Below, piece after piece: positions 38,888 through 51,013 of a stretch of 64,000 bases of DNA. The notes beneath the pieces were generated by a model, which saw only the letters and a program-made list of their open reading frames with translations, did no database searches and was not told the origin of the DNA. The position numbers and the translations under genes are program-made. The stretch is from Lingula anatina (Eukaryota; Animalia; Brachiopoda), in assembly GCA_051362555.1 (NCBI GenBank), contig CM120642.1, forward strand, positions 25,668,001-25,732,000, written 5' to 3'. Each line of letters opens with the position of its first letter. Within the stretch, counting starts at the first letter, position 1.

Positions 38888-40490
38888 TTATTGCTCCACG
38901 CAGAGAGCGCAATTCCCAATCCTGGCGTTTGCCTCGGGACAGCACTCGCAGGAGTAAACCTTCATTACAGGCACGAGTCGGGCAAGGCGTATGGTTTGTT
39001 CGAAATTCTCTACCCTGTTAAACAAAGCAAAAAAATATTATCTTTTGAATTTGACTTTTTACATCGAAAGGACGTATATTTATGTTGTTATTAAAATGTA
39101 CATTTTTATTTTATGTACTACGAAAACTATTTTTTTGTTATATTCACTTTGAAAATTGGTCATGCCGTTAACAATGCTATCTGTTGGTTACCTGATATGA
39201 TGAAGATAGTCACCAGAACATGGCAGAGTATATCCCAAATATAATTCTGGAACATAATGCAGATTTAAAGTGATTTCGTTTAACTAATGGGTTTGCACGA
39301 GCGAGCGTGCGCGTTTGTGTATGTGTTTGAGAGAGAGAAAGAGAGACAGATTGAACTCCAGTGGTAGAATCAGATAAATCTACTTGGTAATTATAGTTCT
39401 GGCACATAAAGTTGTCAATTCTGATGATATTCGTTATCAAGTTCCATAGCGCTGAACTCTCTGAAATTAAAAGATAGAAGAATTCATAATTCAACATAAT
39501 TATAGTTATAATCTTGTTCCATAGCGAGGAGTTAATCTACAATTTTTTCTTCTAGGCACCCAGCCAGTTAGACAGAGGTCCTTTTTTACGCTGCACGTCA
39601 CGCTATTTAAATCCAAATGCTCGGGGATATCGCCTTCAGGGGGTTGGCCTCCCAAGACTGAAGTACGTTGAGAAAGTCGATAATCCTGTCTTTTTCACAC
39701 ATGATGCACTTGAAAAAAAAGTTGCGAATAGAGTAACTAAAAGCCTTAGTATTTGTCTTCCTTCGTCTAGTGTGTCCATGAAATACAATATAGGTGCTGA
39801 GCTTACTTTTGCGCCGATTTTGTGAGCCCATCGATGCACGGTCAGTTTTCCGGATAAATTTTGATTGCTAAAAACAGCTGGAACTGAACCGGAGAAAGTG
39901 AGCCCCCCCCCTCCCCCCCTCCGTAATGTTATAACATGTTAGGATCGTCACTGATACATGTTCATATACACACGCTGTTAAAAGAGCCAGAGGCACGGAT
40001 AACTATGCAAAATCACACGGCACACGCAGGGAATAAACTAAGATCTAATAAACAGATCTGGTATATTAGATCTTAGGAATAAAGAACATAATACTACAAA
40101 TACATAATGACTCATTTTCCTTCTAGGATTTATAATACACATGTCGTCGAGTGAAGTATCAATTTGTAACTACAGCGCTTTCATAATGCAGCTGCCCTGT
40201 CCCGAAATTGGCAAGAGACGGACACGACAGGGCATTTTTATGCTTACGAAGACTGTGCTATGGAAACAAGAAGCTGGTCGACTGCATGAATCAATCGCTA
40301 TGCCGTTTTGTAGCCGACTGTATGTTCTTTATTCCCTGTTCATACTTATTCTTATTATGTCCAAGCGTGATCGGATGAAGATAATCACCAGAGGATAGCA
40401 GAGTGTATCCCAAATATAAATCTGCAACAAAATGCAGATTTTCAGAAATTTCGTGCAACCAGTGTCACTATGTGTGTGTATGGGTGTGTC

Positions 40491-40523
<33 letters not shown>

Positions 40524-41627
40524 TTTTGGATAATGGATAGTGGATAATGGTAGAGTCAGATACTACTAATGACAAGTCTGGCACATTACCGCAACCAAAT
40601 TCGCCTATATGTAAGTTCGCAATGCTGATGGAGGTTCTACTCGGCCCTAAACTCGCCATCCCTGAAATTAAAAGATAAATTACCATAATAGTAATAATAA
40701 TCTTGTTCCACACGCCAGATGTCTGTCTACCAGTTAGAGCGCATTCTCAACGAATTAAGCCAGGCTTTACAAAGCCGGTGACCTAAAAATGGCGTGTGAG
40801 AGGCGGAGAGACTATTAAAAGATTAGGCGGTTTTTCTTTCATGTACGTCCGCCATTTTGAGGTCACCGGCTTTGTAAAGCCTGGCTTAATTCGTTGAGAA
40901 TGGGCTCTAAGAGACGGGTAAGGGTAGTGCAGTTATCCTTCGTGTGTGGAACTAACTGTATTGTAATACAAAGGGAGATTGAAGGCTCAATAGCCACAAA
41001 GGAAAGGGGTTAAACTCCCAAGAAGGAGGTACGTTGAGTACATGCTTCTTTTACACACGGCTCATGTACACGTGAAATAATTTGTTTCCACGATAACTAA
41101 AAATGGCTTACTTCGTCCCAAATGTGCCCATGAATATAACTTAGGTGCTGAGCTTACTATTGCCCCTCTAACCCGACCAAGGCCAGTTTACCGGATTAAT
41201 TTTGATTGCTCCAAACAGTTGGGATGGAACCCGTGAAAGTGAGTAAGCCTCCCCTCCAGTAATGTTATTACATGTTAGGATCAGTCTGTTTCGTTACCAA
41301 TACATGTACATGTACACACGTTGTTAAAAACCCACTGTCTACCTGTTAGACTCGCACGGTACATAAATAACATAATACTAAGACCTGAGGTTCTCCACTC
41401 TTCTTTTTCAAAACCAATTTTCAATTACTTTATATATGATGACATTTGATTTATTCTATCGTGTACATCATGCGACACCGGCAGTTACATTAATCTGTTT
41501 TAACGGACAAATATGCATTAAATACCGGGTACCTACCGCCAGCTTGTCCAATTTGGCGTGAATGGGCTGGTGAATATGCTGCAAAAACCAAGCCGATTAA
41601 AATAACACCGAAGAATCGAACCGCCAT
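38888..41627 (-). CDS. Fused type-B locus (B5 5' half + B4 3' half); possibly encodes a chimeric family member
   Basis: B5: exon 1 41627-41537 (MAVRFFGVILIGLVFAAYSPAHSRQIGQAG), exon 2 40661-40590 (GMASLGPSRTSISIANLHIGEFGC), exon 3 from 40421 with its donor deleted. B4: exon 2 from 39460 with its donor deleted, exon 3 39246-39192 (ELYLGYTLPCSGDYLHHIR), exon 4 39014-38888 (VENFEQTIRLARLVPVMKVYSCECCPEANARIGNCALCVEQ*). Confidence 0.55.
40734..40910. mobile_element. Palindromic Harbinger-like MITE in B5 intron 1
   Basis: TIR TTAGAGCGCATTCTCAACGAATTAAGCCAGGCTTTACAAAGCCGGTGACCT. Empty site CCAGTTAGACGGG in B1 (~22770). Confidence 0.85.
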
Positions 41628-43409
41628 CGTGAACCAACTGTTTGCGCGAGAAAGCCGCTTCACTTGCCTTGTATTAAATGTATTCAGTGGGGTAATAACT
41701 ATTAAATTCGTAGTGGCTGAATTATTGGTGATGCTCACACTCGGGCTGACGTCACTTGCCTCAGGGTAACGCCATTGAAAAAAACATGGCGGATTTTATT
41801 GGCTCCTACATGTACGTTGAAGTTGACAGACTTTGTAATATTATATCAATATTCACAGGGCATGATCACATCTGTCAGGATGGGTGTGCTATTACCAGGA
41901 CGATTTCTTTACAGGTTTTTGTTATTAGACGGGGTTGCAACAAGGTTGAGTTGGTCCCCTAATTAGCTCATTCTCTTAAAAAAAAAGACGCTAGCAAGCG
42001 TTTAAACTCTGTTCAAGGGATTGCATTTATATAATACAAGCCGAATGAAGCCATAATATAGCCTTGATAACATTGCCGCCCGCCCCGCCCACGTCCTCTG
42101 GCAGTACCAGCACCAGGTGACTTAATCACAGTTTGTAGTAATCTTATTATAATAATTATATTGTAATCTAATTACATACTACATGTATCTTTGAGTGATG
42201 TGCATCTTCCTAGTCTTCATTACGTTCCACGTGCTAAAAAAATGCAATTTTCATTTCACCACCACGCAATCTTAGAGTTGGCGTGCTTGCGTATACCATG
42301 GGCAGTTAAAACCGGTTTTATCTCTCAACCAGGTGCGCAGTGGCTAATTACAAAAACCTGTAAAAGAAATCTTCCAGGTTAATGGCTTACCCTCCCTCAC
42401 AGACGTGATGAATCTATGTGAAGTTTGGTATAATCGTATGTAGTTTGACCACTTTAACGTACGGTAGAAGTCAATTCAATCTGCCATTTGTTTATAGTAG
42501 CCTCGTACTGACTCCTCGAAGCCCATTGCCCGGATGACCGACTGTAGTAATTCATGTTCAATGTTAAATTCACGTTCTTCATCTGATGAAATTCCCATAA
42601 CCAAACTCGTCTGCCTTATCAATAATGTCTGTGGTCCTCTCGCTAGTTATCCATTTCACAATACCTTGTTTCCCCATTTTAAGCCTTCGTGGTACATTTC
42701 AACGCAATTCGTTTTTTTTTTCAAAACTAGCAAAGTTAGTGTGTTTACTACATTCCCTTTATTTCGTGTATTTCGATCACACAATTCCCCATAAAATTAT
42801 TTGAAAATAGCCCTTTATATACAGTTTGTCTGTAATAAACTGCTTGAAGAAGAGGGAAATCCAGCTTCTGAAAGCTAGTAAACAAATAGTATGGATGTTG
42901 TAAAATATTTCCAGTGCTGTATACTGCGTCTTTAAGGCAAGATTTAAATCGCTTCCTGCACATTATATCTTCCGTGCTCGCTGTTGGCTCGGGTCATATT
43001 CTAAATTTGATTTACTGGAAACATGTGGCGGAAACAGCTACGTTAATCCCAAGGCCAAGAACGCTGAAGGTTTTAGGTTCGGAATACACCGGTGAAAGTG
43101 TGGAAAAGCTTTGTGTATATTAAAAAAATGGTTGCTCTCGGAAATTCGACGAGAACAAAAAGAACAAATTGACAACTTTTTCTGGCGTCACTGACGATTC
43201 TGTTATTCTAAGGAACCACATTGTGTCAAACTTTTAGCCCTAAAAAGTCTTGAGGCCCGCTACTTTTCTTTAACTTAACAATAGGTAAACGATACTGTAC
43301 ATGTATTTTTCTTGCTTTTGCTTTCGTTATTTTTTTACCATGCGTACAAATCCCGTTATTCAAAAAGTAAGCCACATACATATAGATACATGTACTAATT
43401 TAGAGTGCA

Positions 43410-43900
43410 AACCACCGCCAAGGCAGCATTTTTTTATTACTATTGATAATTGATTGATTATTGATCCGGATCACCACCAAAAACTAATCATCTCTTCCTT
43501 GGCCCACTTCTGACAGTTCCTGAAAATTTCATCAAAATCGGTCCATAACTGTTGATGACAGACAAACAAACAGACAAACAGGGGTGAAAACATAACCTCC
43601 TTGGCGGAGGTAATAACCCTGAAACGGAAGTACATGCAACGGTGCACTGGTTAGGTCTATTTCTTCATCCAAGGAGTTTGTTTTTTGGTTTCGCTTGTTA
43701 GTTGGTTTGTTAGCTTATCTGTCTGTTAACAACATAATGCAAAAATTTAAACGGGGATTTTGATGAAATCTTCGGGATAGGTCAGAAATGGGCTCGTTAA
43801 AAAGTGATCAAATTTTGGTGACGATCCACTGATAAATAAACGATTAATAATTAGTTGATTATTTGTATTGGCTAAGGTCTGTGCTCTTTGGGTTTTGTAC
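43410..43900. mobile_element. Two oppositely oriented Helentron/HINE-like non-autonomous repeats
   Basis: The first ends in (ACAA/ACAG)n GGGGTGAAAACATAACCTCCTTGGCGGAGGTAAT (~43615). The second (~43657-43900) is a degenerate reverse-orientation copy. Similar remnants occur at ~25850-26030 and ~37460-37630. Confidence 0.55.
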
Positions 43901-44138
43901 ATGTAGTTTCAGTCTGAAATATGAACAGGATGGCAGACGAAAAAAACCTATCCATATATACACACTGCATATATACTGTATACTGTACATGTACAGGGTG
44001 CCCATGAGTGGCATCAGCATCAAACTTTTACTTCCTTATGGTGATAATATAAATACATTGCCGACAGAAGTGAATAAGACAAGTAAATATTTCAAACGAA
44101 CAAATATAATTGTTTTTAAGAACTTCATTAACATCGGG

Positions 44139-44175
<37 letters not shown>

Positions 44176-45519
44176 ACACTGAAATTTATTTTAAGCAAAA
44201 TCCATACGGTATGTCGTCCCTGTCATTCAATTTCCTGAACTTGTTTCGTTACACTTTTCTCACGAAAACTCTCACAGGAGATCTGTCTCACTTTGTTTTC
44301 ATCAGGCATCTACAAAATTCCAAGCACATGTAAGCGTTGCGCTGCTTCAGTTCATAGGGTGCGCTGAGACAATGTGCCCATGTTTTTTTCAAAATTTTCA
44401 TTTTCTTCACAAAATCTTTGTCTTGTTTCAAATTCATTCACACTGGCCGATTGCATTTGTGTAACGCCAGCCTTTTGGTCTCCCGGGCTTCATTCTGTGG
44501 GGCTTCCCCCAGAGTTGAAATCTTTTATGCCACTCCTGTCGATTTGGTTATAATTTTCTCGAAGGCTTCAAAGTTTTCTTAAGACTTCCTATATTTCATC
44601 AAATTTTCACATTGCGTTCAATTCAGCATATATCGTTCCGATGTACTGAGAGTATTATCTTCTAATGAGGACCATTCTGTATGCTCGGACCGCCCTCTTA
44701 TACTGGTAGACTAGTAGACATATAGGCCTAACACAGGGCGGGCAGATGCTCTCAGTCCACACACGTACATAACGTGTGTTGTACATGCACCTACGCATAT
44801 GTGGGCATGTGTGCTCCTGTCAGTTGTGTTTTTCACACAAAATGCAATCTCGTAGCCTGAGACAGGTATTCAGACAACACTCGCAGGAAATTACGGCCAT
44901 TCCGTGAATGAGGGACGAAAGATTAATTATTTTTTGAAAGTCAGATTCTCTGAAAATGACGACAATCAAGCATAAGTTTACATATCCTAATGAAAGATGC
45001 ACTTGTTTCTACTATTCTAATTATTATTCTTAAATAGTTTAACTAAAATATACAAGCGTCTATTTACATTTCAGAAAGAGATTGAATAGATCAATTGAGT
45101 TATTCTTTCCCTATTGAGTTTGCGCATGCCTGTGCACATGAGCAAACGTACAAGGGGAAGAAAGAAAGACCTTTCCAGGAAGTTATCATCATAGACCCCT
45201 TGTGAACTTTTTATGCCTACACTTACTTGATTGGGTAAATCCTTTCACCGGTGTAGGGCAAAGTATATCCCAGCTGCACATGAGGTGCATTTCCGTCAGG
45301 GCAAGCCGTTGCCAAAAATGAAATACGCAGAACCTTTCCTGCTAAAGTTGAACACTCTGAAAGGAAGTGAATATAAAACTCCACGTTCATCTTTGTTCTT
45401 TTAATGATTATAACTGTCTCACGTGGACATTGCTTATCGATGTGAAGATCCGTCTGTGAATACCTGGCGTTAATTAATCTTTAAATCAGCGCTGGTATTT
45501 TTCCACGACTAGGAAATAC

Positions 45520-45568
<49 letters not shown>

Positions 45569-47449
45569 GATGTCTTTTTAAATTATTTTGCTTGAAATGG
45601 CGGGTTGAAAATAAATTACACTTAAAAAGCCGCAAATTTCCTTGCAAATTAATATTGTGTCATGTGTGAGGCATTGTCCCCGAGCGATGCCGGTACAAGC
45701 GTTAGATAGAGGCTGACAATGTATCATTTCCAACATATACAGAGAGAAAATACTCGCATTTCGCCACACTCCTAAAACCGAATAAAGCGTATATCGCCAC
45801 GATCGTATTATATCTCTATATATAGATATGCACTGGTACATGTTTTAAATGCGATACTAATGAATGAGTTTAAGCCTGGCAGCATTTAAATTTAAGGGCT
45901 AAATGCAGATATATGAGTATAAAAATAGTGTTATGCTATACTTTAGACCCAGTGTTCATGCTACGTGCCCGTACGCAATGGAGATTAACTAATGTGGTTT
46001 TTCTAAACTCTAAGAGCGGGCCATCGAAAAATTTTTCAATGCAGTTTCTTTTTCTCCGTGGAACACAGTGGTTTTGGGCACCGGTGTATGAACTTTTGCC
46101 GTAACCTTAGAATGTAGACGGTACCGGGAGTTGTTCGATCTTACAGCCCCCGTTGCTTTCGACACCGTAAATAAAAACTACCACTGTACTATATACTGCT
46201 ACTAATTGAAAATATATCCTATAACGTAATGTTGTTCAGCTACCTATAAAATACTTATAATTACCCGAAGCCACCAACAAAGGACCATGGATTAGCATTA
46301 TTCCACAAAGCAACACGCTCAAAATCACGCCGGAGCTACGCACTGTCCATGTTGCCATCTTGATTAGACTGTCTCGGAAACGTAGGTTCAAGAGTTTGGT
46401 GTTGTTTACAACCTCTTATGAGGTCTATTAACACCTGGACTGCAGTATATCTGGTAACGGGCTAAACATAGGCAGCTTCTTTGAATTATAAGATGATTAA
46501 AGGTACATACGAACCGAGCATAGGTGGAGGGTGGATTCCCAGTAACACATGTAAACCACGTACTTCTACTGGATTCTTATATGACTCAAATAAATTCGAC
46601 ATGCCAAGGTATAAACTGAATAGATCACTCGATCAGCCAAAAAGACCATTAGACTGCTCCTTTCTTTAAATTTTTGGTTGTAAATTTAACCTACTTTCGT
46701 GACTTACTTTCCTGCCCCATTGACATACAGCTTAGAATGCCAGCAGAAAAATCCGTTCAAACATCATTTTCGGGTAAAATTGAACAATGCCTTTTGGTAA
46801 TTCTCTTAGTTATTCTACTTGAAACTATATGCTGGCATTTGGTTGGTTTTTGTGACAAAAAACTGACTTTGTATGCATCTTTAAACCAACATGTAGTTTT
46901 AATTGGCACTCTCTACCAGTACCAGAAACAGCGGGTAGAAAGGGCACTAAAACGTTAATTTTCTTCCATCCTGCCCATGCAGGTTGCATCCTGGTAGATA
47001 CAAAGATTCGTTGGGGTATTATTGGAGTTGCAATATTCAAAGGGTGACAGCAGAGCCGATTTTGTGAAATTGTTCTTTTTTTACTTTGAGAAAGACTTTG
47101 ACAAATAAGGTTGGACAATATTATGAACGGAACAAAATGTTGAAATGTTTATAAACCCCAAGTAGATATATTTACTGGGCCAAGAGGTCAGTGCAACATA
47201 CCGGTAGGCAGTCCTCTGGAATGTGTATTGAAAGGAAGGTTATATATTGAATCAAACAGTAGTCTACCAGCAGTAACCAACTCCAATTCGATTTATTCAG
47301 CTTTCACAAGTTTAACACAGTTTAGGTTTGGGCAAACATCTCTCGAATCCCGTTTACATGAGTAAGAACTATGTAGTCTCCAATTTTCAGTTTAAAAACG
47401 TTACAGTTACCCTAGGTTCTAGATTCCGGTATTACCAGCTCGATCTTGA

Positions 47450-47625
47450 TTTCATATATAACCCATAGTAGCAATACCAGGCTCTAGCGAACAGTGGCAA
47501 CTCGGGGGCGTTCTTCTTCAAAATTCTGCCTGGGGCGCTTCCATATTTGGAAGTCACACGTCACAGCTGTGTCCGCCTGGATCCATATTTGGAAGTCATA
47601 AGTCTCGTACGTCACAGGTTTGACC
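47450..47625 (-). promoter_or_regulatory. Tandem CArG boxes with CRE half-sites upstream of a TATA-like element
   Basis: CCATATTTGG at 47541-47550 and 47583-47592, each followed by AAGTCA..ACGTCAC. TTATATATG lies on the minus strand at ~47462-47453. Confidence 0.45.
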
Positions 47626-48734
47626 GCCTGGAGCTGCCTTTCCCGCCTTGCGCTGAAGTCTCGTGCAGGCGAGACAAGAAGCAATTAAAGTGCCTGACGC
47701 GGAGTTAGAAGTTTGAATTGAAAATATCTTGCAGTCGAAGGTCAGTGCCACAATACAAGCAACATTCTGCTGTAAAAACTTTTTTTCGTGTAGCCATTGC
47801 GCAGCCCTTATAGTGGTATCGGGCATACAGTGTAGCTGTCAAATTTGGCACACGGCAAGCACATGTATTGTGCACGTGTATATCTCAGGACTAAATGTTC
47901 TTTGATAAGCAAAAAATACAAAAAAATTGGATATATCTTTTCTTTCCGAGGAATATTATTAATTTTTTCATTTTACATCTTAAATACAGCAAATAAAATT
48001 TAATAAAGCAGAATTACATTTGTTTTACGTTTTATTTTGGTCTGATGACATTCAACTGCATTTTCACTGCGGAGCAGTTCTATTTGATTGATGGAAAACT
48101 TTCATGGCCGCTGGTCTTCAGAGTTAGTAAAAGCGACTCCATCACAAGGTATATATTTAACAAGCTAGCTTTTACGTTGCTCTGACACTCAGGGTAGTTA
48201 CAGTAGGCCTACTTATATTTCATTGTTCTAACCTTAAATACTAATCCAATCAAGGGGTGATATGGTGCGTTTTACGCCAGGTACCCCTTTGCATGCTTAA
48301 ATGTTAAACAACAATTTTTCATTTTTTTTTTCAATTTTATCAAAAATCAATACTTTGACAAGAGATAAGTGTGCACGCTAGCTGTAACAAGTCCTTCGTT
48401 ATTACATTGTACCGCTAGATAAGAGATTATTTTTCAATGTGTGAATGAGAAGAATATGCACATGGGATACCACGTGCGAAAATCACGTTTTGGATGGCAT
48501 TATGGGCACATCTGTTCCAAAAAAGTAAAAAAAAAATGCAGATGGCGTCAGATGCCAAGTAATCTTTAGGCAGCCAACAAGCTGGATTGTCTACCCAGGA
48601 AACACAAAACGTTATTATAGCGTTGCCATAAGTTTTTTTTGTTATATAAACGTTACGGTAACGTTATGATAACGTTCTGTGTTTGCTGAGAATGAGGTAC
48701 ATCGCCAAGCAGCATACAATAGCAGCAAGTCCAG

Positions 48735-48844
48735 TTTTTTTTTTTTTTTTTTTTTAACATCTTTATTCTCAAGAGGGTTAAATATTGATACAGTATAAAT
48801 AAAGGTGGCAATTCGCCTAGGCATTATATGCTCACTTTTGGAAT

Positions 48845-48884
<40 letters not shown>

Positions 48885-49745
48885 TAATTATATTCAAGGA
48901 AAGGCAGTGACGAGAACATGAGTAGCATTAGAGGGGAGTGAGGGACAGGGCATGGGGGGGGGGAGGTAATTATGGGGGGAGGGGCAATAGGCCATCAGGA
49001 GTGAGTGGTAGGCGCCAGAACAGAAATGGAAGAAGATTCAGACATTTTTAATTAAGAAATCAGACACTATTTCGAACATTTTGTCGTTTTGTCCAGATGT
49101 TAGTGTTTTATGGCCATGTAGGAAGAGGGATATCTTATCTAGTTGGGTTCTGAAATATGAGTAAGTTACACCAAGTGTATCTTCAACAGATTCGTAGAGA
49201 TCGCGATATTTCCTCTGTTTCAGTGGGCATTGAAAGAAAAAATGTCGGATGGTTTCGGGTTTCCCACATAAACAGTTGGGAGAAGCTATAGCTGTCCAGT
49301 TGTGGTCATATAGTTGGGCTCTAAATAACAAATCGACCCGGGCCTTATTTAGGACTTTTTCATTTTGTCTCGGAAGCTTCAGATGGGTGGTGGACATTGT
49401 TGCTGGGAAGGTTTAATTTCTAAGGTTATATTTGAGGGAGGATGCAGAAGGAAGATTTTTTTGAGTGGTATTTAGTTCATCCCAGCTTGTCATCAAAAAA
49501 TGTTCAGGACCTTTGTATGTAAATTTAGAGGGAATAATGTAGTCTCTTTTAGATGTTGTTCGTAGGTGTAGCATGGATTTATTTCTAAACGGGATGAAAT
49601 AGGTAGAGACATAGGAAGGTGCTAGTTGATTGTGGATATTAAACATAATTTTTTTCGCGTGGTTTCTTCGACGTTCCTCTAGTGAAACCCAGTTCAGCTG
49701 TTTCAGTACTTTACAGCGATTTGAGCCAGGAAGGGCCCCCAGTAT
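48735..49745 (-). mobile_element. 5'-truncated non-LTR retrotransposon (CR1/L2-like 3' end)
   Basis: Minus-strand RT C-terminal remnants (...LKQLNWVSLEERRRNHAKKIMFNIHNQLAPSYV..., CLCGKPETIRHFFFQCP), then a 3' UTR, AATAAA and a poly(A) tail at 48735-48756. Confidence 0.8.
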
Positions 49746-51013
49746 ATTAAGATTAGACTAGATTAGTGGCATAGAACCACACGTTAATGCAAATCTTGAA
49801 CAATACCTCATGTTGGTGCGCGACAACGCAGCCATTTATAAAGCATGGATCATGCAAATCGCACTACAACCGCATAGTATCCCCCATTTGGATTGCCTTG
49901 CATATTGAGGCAGATCTCAGTGTGATAAAATATGCTTTTGGTGATTGGTAGAGCAGTGACCGAAAGGCAACATCCCTGCATATGTAAAATATCAGACCAC
50001 TCCAGCAATCACTGACTGATCATGATTAATGAAACAGGCTCCCAACGTCAGCGCCACAGATTCTGGAGACATGTTGCAGGAAGCTGTGACCTTATGCCAG
50101 AAGGGGCACATCCGGTATTGATCACATCATGATCGGTTTATTATCTATTGCCTGAACCCCTTTTTTTCATTTGGAATCATACAGAAAATGATTCTAACTC
50201 AAACTAAGTTTGGTCAGTCGCACCGATAGCTAGATTGTCCGTGTCGTGTCAGGAGACCCTAGATCTCTAATCCCGAGAAATTAATGTGGAGAGCAGGCAG
50301 TCAGTAGTTGTTCTCGGGAAGCACACCTTGGGACACGGTTTGTTAGTACAGGGCTATTTGTTTTAATGAGTTTATAGACTTAAATCAGATAAGTCCACAA
50401 AATCGTGTTGGTCTCTTCAATAGTTTACCTAACGGATATCTAGTTTATGCCTAACATAAAAATGGCGTAGAAAGAACAAACAGTTGTCTTAATGCCACTT
50501 TGAAAAGAGTGTCTTGATATTCAGGTTCCAAACATTGGATCAACTTCGATAGAAAAACTAATATACTTAACTTCAACCTTATATTTGTTTATGACGCACC
50601 CTTGCGGTTAGATGACATGCGGGTCTCTCCCTTTTTGGTATTTTTATTGCTTCGTAAGTTAATGGGGTGGCCCCATTTTCACCTGTCATTTTTTAAGACG
50701 AGCACGGCGTGAAATTGCATTATTTGCTACTCTGTCTCTATTCACAGCAGTGGACTGAGCAAGTGGCTTGCAGTAACGAGAAGCAGAGTTGGACCCCAAG
50801 GTACCCCACGTTGAACTGGACACGATAAAACGCAAAGAGGTGATAGGTACTGTGAGCAGAGCATATTCCTCAGCCTCGTTTTAAGTATAAGTTTTTAACG
50901 AATTATCTGACATTAGCGATAGCAAAAATACAGAACAAGGGAGACAAGCTCAAGACTCTGCGGATTTTATTTTTTTAAAACTTAAACAGTAAGAGAACGA
51001 ACGTCAGCTTTGT

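Noticed and set aside
44200-47300. Possible decayed coding or transposon sequence
   Set aside because: No sustained frame, recognisable motif or paired termini could be established by eye.
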